This document shows positions 7,601-14,592 of a stretch of DNA of 14,592 nt, in pieces (the stretch's first letter is position 1; every line of letters begins with the position of its first letter). The position numbers and the translations under genes were made by a program. The stretch is from Candidatus Hadarchaeum sp. (lineage in GTDB: Archaea > Hadarchaeota > Hadarchaeia > Hadarchaeales > Hadarchaeaceae): NCBI RefSeq assembly GCF_049969415.1, contig NZ_JBMFOX010000027.1, positions 1-14,592 of the forward strand, in the 5' to 3' direction. The notes beneath the pieces were generated by a model. The model did not search any database, was not told where the DNA came from, and saw only the letters and a list, made by a program, of their open reading frames with translations.

Positions 7601-8785
7601 TTATTTACTACGTCTCAAAACTAGCGAGATTACTACAGCCACCGCGCAAAGGATGCCTGCGATTTGGAAAGCCCAAAGATAGCTCTTGGTAAGGTCGAAG
7701 AGATATCCGCTCAGGTAGGGCCCAAGCACGCCGCCGATGCCGTAGGCGGTGAAGACAAAGCCGTAGTTTATGCCGTAGTATTTGGTGCCGAAAAGATCTG
7801 CCGTGGCCGAAGGAAACATGGACAGGTTGCCGCCGAAACAGAACCCCACCACGGCCACGGCGATGAAGAGCGCAACGCCGGTGGCGCCGATAAGGAAGAA
7901 CATCACCGCAGCCTGAATGATGAACATTATCGTCATTGCCTTGGGCCAGCCAATCCGATCGGAAATGCCGCCCCAGGAAATCCTGCCCAGCCCGTTAAAA
8001 ATCGCCAGCACGCTAACGGCCAATGAGGCCGTCAGGGCGTCCATTCCGGTTTCCTGCGCAAACTTGGCCACGTGACCGATAACGCCAAGACCGGAAGTCG
8101 TGCCGAAGGTGTACATCACCCAGATCATCCAAAACTTCTTCGTCCTAAGCATCTGCTGCCAATTGTATTCTTGGACGGGTGCGGCCTTGGCCTGTCCCGT
8201 TGCCTTCCATCCCTCCGGGCACCAACCCGGCGGCGGCACCCTGAGTCCCTGGGCCCCACCCACGGCCACAACAAGAAAGGTTATTCCCAAAAGCTGGAAG
8301 GCGGTCTTCCAGCCAATCGTGCTTATCAGATAAGTTGCCAGTGGTGCTAGAAATGCCGAGCTGAGGCCGAAGCCGCAGATAATGATCCCGGTGATCAAGC
8401 CTTTCTTGTCCGGGAACCACTTGACGCAGGTCGCGATCGGGGTCACGTAGGCCAATGCAACTCCGGCGCCCGCGATGAATCCATAAGTCAGATAAAGCCA
8501 AGGCAGGGATGAGGTGAAGCTGGTCAAGAAGAAGCCGAGCCCCAACAGCAGGCCCCCGGCTGAGGCCACTTTTCTGGGACCAATCTTATCGTTGAGACGG
8601 CCGGCGGGAATCATTACGAAAGCAAAGGTAAGGAGCAAGATGGTGAACGCCAGCGATGTCTCCGCGGCCGTCCAGCCAAATTCACCCATGAGCGGCTTGA
8701 GGAAGACGCTCCAGGCATAGACCACGCCAAGCGTCAGGTTGATGGCGAAGCCGCAGGGCACTACTATCCAGCGATTGAATCCCAA
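7601..8785 (-). CDS. OFA-family MFS transporter (oxalate/formate antiporter or L-lactate transporter-like)
   Basis: Motifs LGVVYAWSVF, GRLNDKIGPR, KWFPDKKGL, FNGLGRISWG.ISDRIG, FGGNLSMFP and FGTKYYGINYG. TTG start with SD GGAGG at 8794-8798. Confidence 0.9.
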   Translation of the reverse strand: MGFNRWIVVPCGFAINLTLGVVYAWSVFLKPLMGEFGWTAAETSLAFTILLLTFAFVMIPAGRLNDKIGPRKVASAGGLLLGLGFFLTSFTSSLPWLYLTYGFIAGAGVALAYVTPIATCVKWFPDKKGLITGIIICGFGLSSAFLAPLATYLISTIGWKTAFQLLGITFLVVAVGGAQGLRVPPPGWCPEGWKATGQAKAAPVQEYNWQQMLRTKKFWMIWVMYTFGTTSGLGVIGHVAKFAQETGMDALTASLAVSVLAIFNGLGRISWGGISDRIGWPKAMTIMFIIQAAVMFFLIGATGVALFIAVAVVGFCFGGNLSMFPSATADLFGTKYYGINYGFVFTAYGIGGVLGPYLSGYLFDLTKSYLWAFQIAGILCAVAVVISLVLRRSK

Positions 8786-8833
8786 CTTCAGTTCCTCCGT
8801 GAGTGCTGATTAGTTAGAGTGAAGACATCCTAC

Positions 8834-8847
8834 TTTTTAAACTTATT
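8834..8847 (-). promoter_or_regulatory. Putative BRE/TATA promoter of the OFA transporter
   Basis: The minus strand reads AATAAG-TTTAAAAA about 50 nt upstream of the start codon. Confidence 0.45.
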
Positions 8848-8903
8848 GTTGGCGCTTCGGTGTTGATTTTTATCATTGAGGAAACACTTTAATGGTGTTC
8901 TTT

Positions 8904-9359
8904 TTGAGGCTCTGGACCATCAATCCGAAATATCTCGACGCCAAAGGGCTGCTGGCGCTGTGGAGGGAGGCGCTTCTTGCCCAAGAGGTCCTGCGGGGGA
9001 GGACCAAAGGCTGGAGAAACCACCCCCAGCTGGACAGGTTCAAGTCCCACCCGGATCCCGTCTCAGCCATCGGGTTTTACCTCTACTTCATTTACCTCGA
9101 GGGGAAAAGCCGAGGATACCGTTTCAACGAGGACAAAATTTATCGCCGGCCAAAATGTATCCCGGCGATAACCGTATCAAGGAAATGGTTAGCCGAGGAA
9201 CTAAAACAGCTGAAGAGAAAACTCAGGGAAAGGGACCGTAGCAGGTATCTGGCTCTTTTGAAAACAAGAAAAATCGAGCTTCATCCATTATTTCAGCTTT
9301 CGACACGGCGGCGAAAAAGTAAAGGCTCGACGATCGCTATTTTTGAACCTGAAAAATAA
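8904..9359 (+). CDS. Pyrimidine dimer DNA glycosylase / T4 endonuclease V-like family protein
   Basis: RLWTINPKYLDAKGLLALWREALLAQ, GWRNHPQLDRF, EGKSRGYRF and HPLF motifs. Family members begin MRLW, so TTG 8904 is preferred over ATG 8892. Confidence 0.8.
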   Translation: MRLWTINPKYLDAKGLLALWREALLAQEVLRGRTKGWRNHPQLDRFKSHPDPVSAIGFYLYFIYLEGKSRGYRFNEDKIYRRPKCIPAITVSRKWLAEELKQLKRKLRERDRSRYLALLKTRKIELHPLFQLSTRRRKSKGSTIAIFEPEK

Positions 9360-9367
9360 TTTATTCC

Positions 9368-9447
9368 GGCGGCGGAGACCAGCTAGCCCTGACTGCCGTT
9401 GGCCAACGCTATGGAGGACGGGCACACACTAACCGCCGCCTACATGA
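9368..9447 (+). ncRNA. Candidate box H/ACA pseudouridylation guide sRNA
   Basis: P1 GGCGGCGG/CCGCCGCC (9368-9375/9433-9440), internal-loop pocket, P2 GCCC/GGGC, K-turn (UGA 9390-9392 opposite GAG-GA-C 9414-9419), apical CGUU-GGCC-AACG hairpin and ACA at 9442-9444, 15 nt from the top of the 3' guide. Confidence 0.6.
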
Positions 9448-9489
9448 AATGGCAAGTTTTACAAAAAATTGCCGAATAATGGGGCCGAT

Positions 9490-10071
9490 TCACAGAGGCA
9501 ACAGTTTTCTTTTGTAAACTTCATTGAGGATTTCAGCGGCGGCTACATAAATCGCGCTTGCTCCGCAGAATATTCCCTCAACCCCGGCGATCATTTTCAC
9601 CACGATGACACCGCTGAGATCGGCGGCGGCTAGCAGGAAGAAGAGGATGACCAAGGTTAGAAAAACCAGTTGAAGGCCTTTTCCCAGCTTCAGCGTGCCA
9701 ACAAACATGACACTGCTAAAGACCCCCCACACAATCAGGTAGGCGGCCATTGACCTTGGGTCCACAGCGCCCGCCCAGCCCAAAGATGGAAAGACCAGAA
9801 GTGCAACTAAGGAAATCCAGAACATGCCATATGAAGTAAAGGCAACCATTCCGAAGGTATTTCCTTTTTTGAACTCCAATGCGCCAACAATCACCTGTGC
9901 TACGCCTCCGTAAAATAACCCCATTGCAAATATCACACCCATGCCGCTTGGGGGCATGATTCCAGCGTTAACCAAGTTGAGCAACACCGTCGTCATACCG
10001 AATGCCATCAAACCCAACGGGGCTGGATTGGCAGCTCCTTGAACCCTCGGGGTCCCGGCATCATGTGACAG
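9490..10071 (-). CDS. satP: Acetate uptake channel, SatP/AceTr (GPR1/FUN34/YaaH) family
   Basis: The family signature [15 protein letters not shown] lies upstream of the tracked start 10017. Also FYGGVAQ, GNTFG..AFTSYG.FW and [13 protein letters not shown] 10071 sits 6 nt after SD GGAGGTG (10078-10084), with an in-frame TGA two codons upstream. Confidence 0.9.
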   Translation of the reverse strand: MSHDAGTPRVQGAANPAPLGLMAFGMTTVLLNLVNAGIMPPSGMGVIFAMGLFYGGVAQVIVGALEFKKGNTFGMVAFTSYGMFWISLVALLVFPSLGWAGAVDPRSMAAYLIVWGVFSSVMFVGTLKLGKGLQLVFLTLVILFFLLAAADLSGVIVVKMIAGVEGIFCGASAIYVAAAEILNEVYKRKLLPL

Positions 10072-10160
10072 CGCTCACACCTCCCAATATACATATATTT
10101 AGTATATAAAAAAGGATTTGAACCATTACCGCCGATTTTGAACGGAGAAGATCGACAAAG

Positions 10161-10188
10161 CAAGATTTTTATGTCCAAGATTTTATGT
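10161..10188. repeat. Tandem direct repeat CAAGATTTT(T)ATGT x2 in the satP/acyP divergent promoter region
   Basis: CAAGATTTTTATGT at 10161-10174 and CAAGATTTTATGT at 10176-10188. Confidence 0.6.
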
Positions 10189-10226
10189 AAAGCCTAAATT
10201 TTGCAAAAGATAAATATGATGATAGT

Positions 10227-10514
10227 ATGAAGGTCCGGGCTCACGTCTACGTCAGCGGGCTGGTCCAGGGCGTCTGCTTCAGGGCCTACACCCAAGAGCT
10301 GGCGCGGGAACTCGGCGTCACCGGCTGGGTCAGAAATCTCTACGATGGCCGGGTCGAAGCGGTTTTTGAGGGCGACCGGGAAAGGATGGAGGAGATGATC
10401 GACTTCTGCCGCCGCGGTCCTCCCGGCGCTGACGTGAGCGGTGTCGAGGTCAAGTGGGAGAGCTTCAAAGGCGAGTTCTCCGACTTCAGCATCAAGTACG
10501 GGTGGACGGGATGA
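10227..10514 (+). CDS. acyP: Acylphosphatase
   Basis: 95 aa with VSGLVQGVCFR, GWVRN.YDGRVE and GPPGADV motifs. Confidence 0.95.
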   Translation: MKVRAHVYVSGLVQGVCFRAYTQELARELGVTGWVRNLYDGRVEAVFEGDRERMEEMIDFCRRGPPGADVSGVEVKWESFKGEFSDFSIKYGWTG

Positions 10515-10972
10515 GCGTTCGTTCCATTTCCGAGATCATGGAGGAGATGTTCCGGAAGTACCGGCAGAGGCCAGAACTTCAGAACCAATGGCGTTTTCTG
10601 GCGGGACGTGACGATCGCGGCTACAACGATTTTTTCATCTACGGCCCGGGCTTCGGGATTTGGCAGATAAAGGGCGAACTCAAGAATCCCTACGAGCTCA
10701 TCGGCGCCGGGGCGAGGATGGCCGCCCGAAAGATAGACGACGAGATAAGAGAGATTCTGGAGCAGGGTTCACCGCTCCCCTTCGGCTTCCTCTCCCCGCA
10801 CCCTAGGCTGAAGGACCGCGTCATCGTGGCCTCCGGAGTCGGTCGCTATCAGGAATCGATGGACGAACTCCGCGCCGCGCTGCCACAAAAACACCATCGG
10901 GTGGAGCGCGGATTGAGGCAAAGTCTCGAGGAGCTGCGCCGGAAACTTGATCTCGACAAGGCCTACCTGTAG
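10511..10972 (+). CDS. Hypothetical protein resembling a conserved euryarchaeal uncharacterised family
   Basis: ATG 10511 overlaps the acyP TGA (ATGA coupling). W..LAG.D..G..D.FI..P..GIWQIK...KNPYE..G.G.R..RKIDD recalls uncharacterised halo/methanoarchaeal proteins (from memory, unverified). Confidence 0.7.
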   Translation: MSVRSISEIMEEMFRKYRQRPELQNQWRFLAGRDDRGYNDFFIYGPGFGIWQIKGELKNPYELIGAGARMAARKIDDEIREILEQGSPLPFGFLSPHPRLKDRVIVASGVGRYQESMDELRAALPQKHHRVERGLRQSLEELRRKLDLDKAYL

Positions 10973-11044
10973 CTTGAAGGGTATAGACCGACTTTATTCA
11001 GCAAAGAGATAAGCTCCAAAAATTAAATATTCTTGGTGTGTATT

Positions 11045-13900
11045 TTGGCCGCCAACGCCTTTGACCTTCTGGCCAAGCCCCTCCGCAGGCTACTGGAGGA
11101 GATGGGCTTCAGGGAGCCAACTCTGCCCCAGCAGGCGGCGCTACCGAGAATACTGGAGGGCAAAAACGTCCTGCTGATTTCCCCAGCCGGGACGGGTAAA
11201 ACCGAGGCCGCCTTTCTGCCTGCGCTGCACCTCATCCTCACCGCACCGGCGCGTGAGCCGGGAATAAAGATAATCTACATCACCCCGCTCCGGGCGCTGA
11301 ACCGAGACCTGCTGGACCGGCTGGGACGATGGTGCCGCGAACTCGACCTGAGGGTCTCGGTGCGGCACGGCGACACTGCCAACAGGGAAAGGCGCCTGCA
11401 GGCGCTGATTCCGCCTGACGTGATGATCACCACCCCGGAAACCCTTCAGATTCTGCTGCTGGGCAGAAGGCTCAGAAACTATCTGCGAAGCGTGCGCTTG
11501 GTCATCGTTGATGAAGTTCATGAACTGGCCGACAACAAGCGCGGTGCCCAGCTCGCTGTCACGCTGGAGAGGTTGAGGAATCTCAAGGGAGGCGACTTCC
11601 AGGTGATCGGTCTTTCCGCGACCATCGGGGCCCCCGAGGAGGTGGCGAAGTTTCTGGTCGGCAGGGACAGAAATTGTGAAATCGTTGACGTCAGCGTGGC
11701 CCGCGAGGTGAGGCTGAGCGTCATTTATCCCACCCCTAAGAAGGAGGACGAGGCCCTAGCTGCGGAACTCTACACCTTCCCCGCCGTGGCCGCGCGGCTG
11801 CGGGCGATGCGCGGGTTCATCGAGAGGCACGGCTCAACGCTGGTCTTCACCAACACCCGGGCCACCGCCGAGGTGCTCGCCAGCAGGTTCCACCTATGGG
11901 ACGTCAAGTTCCCCATCGGCGTGCACCACGGATCGCTCTCCGCGTTCACCAGGCTGCGCGGCGAGAGGGGTCTGAAGCAGGGGGGGCTCAAGGGGCTCAT
12001 CTGCACCTCGTCGATGGAGCTGGGTCTGGACATCGGTGGGGTCGACTTGGTCATCCAGTACAATTCACCGCGGCAGGCGACCCGTCTGCTCCAGCGCGTG
12101 GGGCGCAGCGGGCACAGAATCGGTGAGATCTCCAAAGGTGTGATCATCGTTCAGGACCCGGACGACGCCCTCGAATCCATCGTGATCGCCGCCCGCTCCC
12201 ATGAATATCAGCTGGAGCCCGTTCAGGTTCCGGAGAAACCGCTCGACGTGTTGCTCCACTTCCTGGCCTCGATTCTGGCCTCACAGCGGTCGACTTCGGT
12301 CGATGAGGCCTACGAAACAGTGCGCCGCGCCTATCCCTTCCAAGACCTGACCCGAGAAGAACTGCTCAGCGTGCTCAGGTTCGCCCAGAGCCTGGAAAAA
12401 CGCCTGCTGTGGGTCTCCGATGACGGTCGCGAGTTCTCCCGCCCGAGGTCCACCGAAAGGCTGTTCGATTACTACTACAGCAACCTCTCGATGATTCCAG
12501 AGCTGAAACAGTATCTGGTGATCGACGACCAGCACAACCGCCCGGTGGGGATCCTCGACGAGTCGTTCATCGCCGAGTATGGGGAGCCGGGGGTGAAGTT
12601 CATCATCGGGGGGGAGCTTTGGAAGATAATCCAAGTCTTCCGGGACAAGGTCTTCGTGAAACCGGACCGAGACCCGGTGGGGGCCATCCCGACCTGGATC
12701 GGGGAGGAGATCCCCGTACCCTTCTCGGTGGCGCAGGAGGTAGGTCGAATCCGGGGCCGGGCCGAGGGGTTGCTGAAATCGGGCAGGAAATTCGAAGAGG
12801 TGGTTTCGGAGCTTGCTGCCGCCTATCGCGCCGAACTGGAGACGGTGCAGCTTGCGCTCGCCGACGTGCACCAGCAGGTGGACGCCAGCCTGCCCGTGCC
12901 CACCGACCTGCGCCTCACCGTGGAAAAGGTGAAGGACATCTGCGTGGTCAACGCCTGCTTCGGCACCCTGGTCAACCGCACCCTCGCCCGCGTGCTCGCC
13001 CACCGGGCCTCCGAGGAGACTGGGGAGGCCACCGCCACGACAATCGATCCCTACCGTATCCTGGTGCGCTCGAGGTCGCTGGAGCCCGATCACGTCGTGG
13101 CCCTGCTCCGGGAAAGGCTGGCCGAGATGCAGCGGGACGTCAGGAAGGTGATCGAGGAGAGCCGTTTCTTCCGGTGGCGTTTGGCCCAAGTGGCAAGGAG
13201 AATGGGGGTGTTGGAGAAGGAGGCCGAGATAACCAGCTCGGCACTGGAAAAGCTCTCGCGGGCGCTGCGGGGCACCCCGGTCTTCGAGGAGACCTTCAAG
13301 GAGGTGGAGCGGAAGGACCTCGACCTGAGGAAGACGCTGGAGGTACTGGAGATGATAAAAAATGGGGAAATCGAGGTGGTCTCACTCGGCCGGTTAAAGG
13401 AGCCGAGCCCGATCTCCAAGCTCGCCTGGGCGCAACGCTATCTGGCCCTAGAGCCGGTGATGCCGGAGCGGACAAGGCTGCTCGCCCTGGCCGCGGCCAA
13501 GGCCCGCCTGCTCAGCGAGGCCCGCACCTTTGCCTGCACCGACTGCAGGAAGTACGTCCGGGAGTTCCAGATCCACGAGCTGGAGGAAAAACCCCGGTGC
13601 CCCAACTGCGGCTCGAGCCGGCTGGGGATGGTCGAAGAAGCTGAGGAGGAGGTGCGGCGGGCGATAGAACTGGTGGAACGCGGCCGGGAGGTTGCCCTCT
13701 GGAAGGAGATGCTGGAGAGCGCCAAGCTGATCGCCCAGTTCGGGAAACTGGCCGCGCTGGGGCTGGCCGGACGGGGGCTGACCCCTGCGGCAGTGAGGGA
13801 AATCCTAGCTAAGGAGCCAAGGTTCTCCAACCGGTTCCTAGAGCTGGTGCTGAAGAAGGAGCGGGAACTGCTCTTCCGGAAATTCAAGTGGAGCGGCTGA
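11045..13900 (+). CDS. lhr: Lhr-family SF2 DEAD/DEAH-box helicase with C-terminal Cys4 Zn-finger (aLhr1-like)
   Basis: Q motif PTLPQ, Walker A PAGTGKT, TPLRALNRD, TTPETL, DEVH, SAT, HHGSLS, TSSMELGLDIG, QRVGRSGH, SMIP, PTWIGE and C-terminal CTDC...CPNC. TTG 11045 after GGTGTG is preferred; 11033 is the alternative. Confidence 0.92.
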   Translation: MAANAFDLLAKPLRRLLEEMGFREPTLPQQAALPRILEGKNVLLISPAGTGKTEAAFLPALHLILTAPAREPGIKIIYITPLRALNRDLLDRLGRWCRELDLRVSVRHGDTANRERRLQALIPPDVMITTPETLQILLLGRRLRNYLRSVRLVIVDEVHELADNKRGAQLAVTLERLRNLKGGDFQVIGLSATIGAPEEVAKFLVGRDRNCEIVDVSVAREVRLSVIYPTPKKEDEALAAELYTFPAVAARLRAMRGFIERHGSTLVFTNTRATAEVLASRFHLWDVKFPIGVHHGSLSAFTRLRGERGLKQGGLKGLICTSSMELGLDIGGVDLVIQYNSPRQATRLLQRVGRSGHRIGEISKGVIIVQDPDDALESIVIAARSHEYQLEPVQVPEKPLDVLLHFLASILASQRSTSVDEAYETVRRAYPFQDLTREELLSVLRFAQSLEKRLLWVSDDGREFSRPRSTERLFDYYYSNLSMIPELKQYLVIDDQHNRPVGILDESFIAEYGEPGVKFIIGGELWKIIQVFRDKVFVKPDRDPVGAIPTWIGEEIPVPFSVAQEVGRIRGRAEGLLKSGRKFEEVVSELAAAYRAELETVQLALADVHQQVDASLPVPTDLRLTVEKVKDICVVNACFGTLVNRTLARVLAHRASEETGEATATTIDPYRILVRSRSLEPDHVVALLRERLAEMQRDVRKVIEESRFFRWRLAQVARRMGVLEKEAEITSSALEKLSRALRGTPVFEETFKEVERKDLDLRKTLEVLEMIKNGEIEVVSLGRLKEPSPISKLAWAQRYLALEPVMPERTRLLALAAAKARLLSEARTFACTDCRKYVREFQIHELEEKPRCPNCGSSRLGMVEEAEEEVRRAIELVERGREVALWKEMLESAKLIAQFGKLAALGLAGRGLTPAAVREILAKEPRFSNRFLELVLKKERELLFRKFKWSG

Positions 13901-14298
13901 GGCCCAACCGCTGCCCGGTCGAAGATTAAGCGGATGTGTCGGAGCTGCAGCTACATAGCTATGTCACCGGCGCCGCTTCAACTGCTCGATGGAGAGGGCA
14001 CCGGGAACTCATCCGTGATGATACTCGTGTATCAACCATAAATTTTCCTCGCCGCGCAAATCAAGAGCAAACAAGCGCGTTTTTTGCGATCTGAAGTGTG
14101 CACGGCCGTGAACTGTCCAAGTTTCTAAACAGATTTCCGCATCGTAACTTGAGGTAAAAAACGAAACTAATCAAAGAATGATTTGGAAAAGCCTGAAAGC
14201 GCCGATAAACTTAAAAAATCCACATCGCCGGAGTCGAATCCGAATCCAACGCCCACCGTGAATTTTCCCCAACTTTAATTCCGCGCCCGGTGGCGGCG

Positions 14299-14307
14299 TT
14301 TTAAATA
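14299..14307 (+). promoter_or_regulatory. Putative TATA box of the glyA-like gene
   Basis: TTTTAAATA about 30 nt upstream of GTG 14338. Confidence 0.5.
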
Positions 14308-14337
14308 CACTCCGGCGTCATTAACTGTGGAGTTTTC

Positions 14338-14592
14338 GTGGTCAAAAAACGCCCCCGATCCGGAATCGCGGCCCTGGTGGGAAAGCACGAGAGGCTGCGG
14401 GCCAGCGGAATCAACCTCATCGCCTCGGAAAACTGCCTCTCCGCCGCGGTCCGCGAGGCCTTGGCCAGCGACCTCGCCGGCCGCTACCACTCCGACTTCT
14501 ACGGCGGGACGAGGTTCGCCCGTGAGATCATCGAGAACACGGAGAGGCTGGCGGAGAGGCTATTCCGGGCCAAACACGCGCTGGTCTCACCG
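14338..14592 (+). CDS. glyA: Serine hydroxymethyltransferase-like PLP enzyme, 5' part (runs off the window; absent from the ORF track)
   Basis: My translation: MVKKRPRSGIAALVGKHERLRASGINLIASENCLSAAVREALASDLAGRYHSDFYGGTRFAREIIENTERLAERLFRAKHALVSP. INLIASEN, SD..RY, YGG and LF.A are SHMT N-terminal motifs. Confidence 0.8.
   Translation, partial: MVKKRPRSGIAALVGKHERLRASGINLIASENCLSAAVREALASDLAGRYHSDFYGGTRFAREIIENTERLAERLFRAKHALVSP

Noticed and set aside
9368-9440. Minus-strand reading as a split or intron-containing tRNA gene
   Set aside because: No anticodon arm, T-arm or clear bulge-helix-bulge motif, and the K-turn and ACA only work on the + strand.
10454-10510. Tracked 5' extension of the hypothetical ORF (172 aa)
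   Set aside because: It overlaps acyP by 61 nt; ATG 10511 with ATGA coupling is more plausible.
12619-13644. 341-aa alternative-frame ORF inside lhr, and the antisense 302-aa ORF at 12281-13189
   Set aside because: G/R/P-rich or motif-free translations expected as shadows of a high-GC3 gene; the lhr frame carries all the conserved motifs.
13985-14030. Fluoride (crcB) riboswitch-like words GAUGGAG...UGAUGA
   Set aside because: P1 (GGN...NCC) and the AAxCGC/CUAC elements are missing, and no fluoride-related gene follows.
14015-14094. Box C/D sRNA (GUGAUGA ... CUGA)
   Set aside because: The 80-nt span is long for an archaeal C/D RNA, with no recognisable D'/C' boxes or terminal stem.
14275-14490. 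71-aa minus-strand ORF
   Set aside because: Antisense shadow of the glyA-like gene.
1-14592. CRISPR arrays, IS/transposase, integrase or defence systems
   Set aside because: No regularly spaced repeats, terminal inverted repeats or relevant protein motifs seen. Lhr here sits in a housekeeping context.

Overview
This is an archaeal chromosomal window, judged from the NAC, Taw2, split-ArcTGT PUA subunit and Lhr genes, the TATA/BRE promoters and GGAGG(T) Shine-Dalgarno sites. It holds about 16 mostly housekeeping genes, in order: taw2, ArcTGT C-terminal PUA protein, nac, a small membrane protein, a standalone B3/B4 protein, an MFS transporter, a fused guaA broken by a frameshift in a G8 run, an HxHH membrane protein, a TraB/Tiki-like protein, an OFA-family MFS transporter, a pyrimidine-dimer glycosylase-like protein, a SatP acetate channel, acylphosphatase, a hypothetical protein, an Lhr helicase with a Zn-finger, and the 5' end of a divergent glyA-like gene. 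I saw no CRISPR array, IS element or intact tRNA/rRNA gene. The strongest unexplained signal is a ~80-nt intergenic element (9368-9444, + strand) with archaeal box H/ACA guide RNA architecture. Its pocket is complementary to a tRNA D-arm consensus and would place U13 at the modification site. Other notable points are the guaA homopolymer frameshift, two probable CTG starts, further structured intergenic elements and a deletion in the glyA-like active-site loop. All family calls come from motif recognition by eye; no database searches were run.
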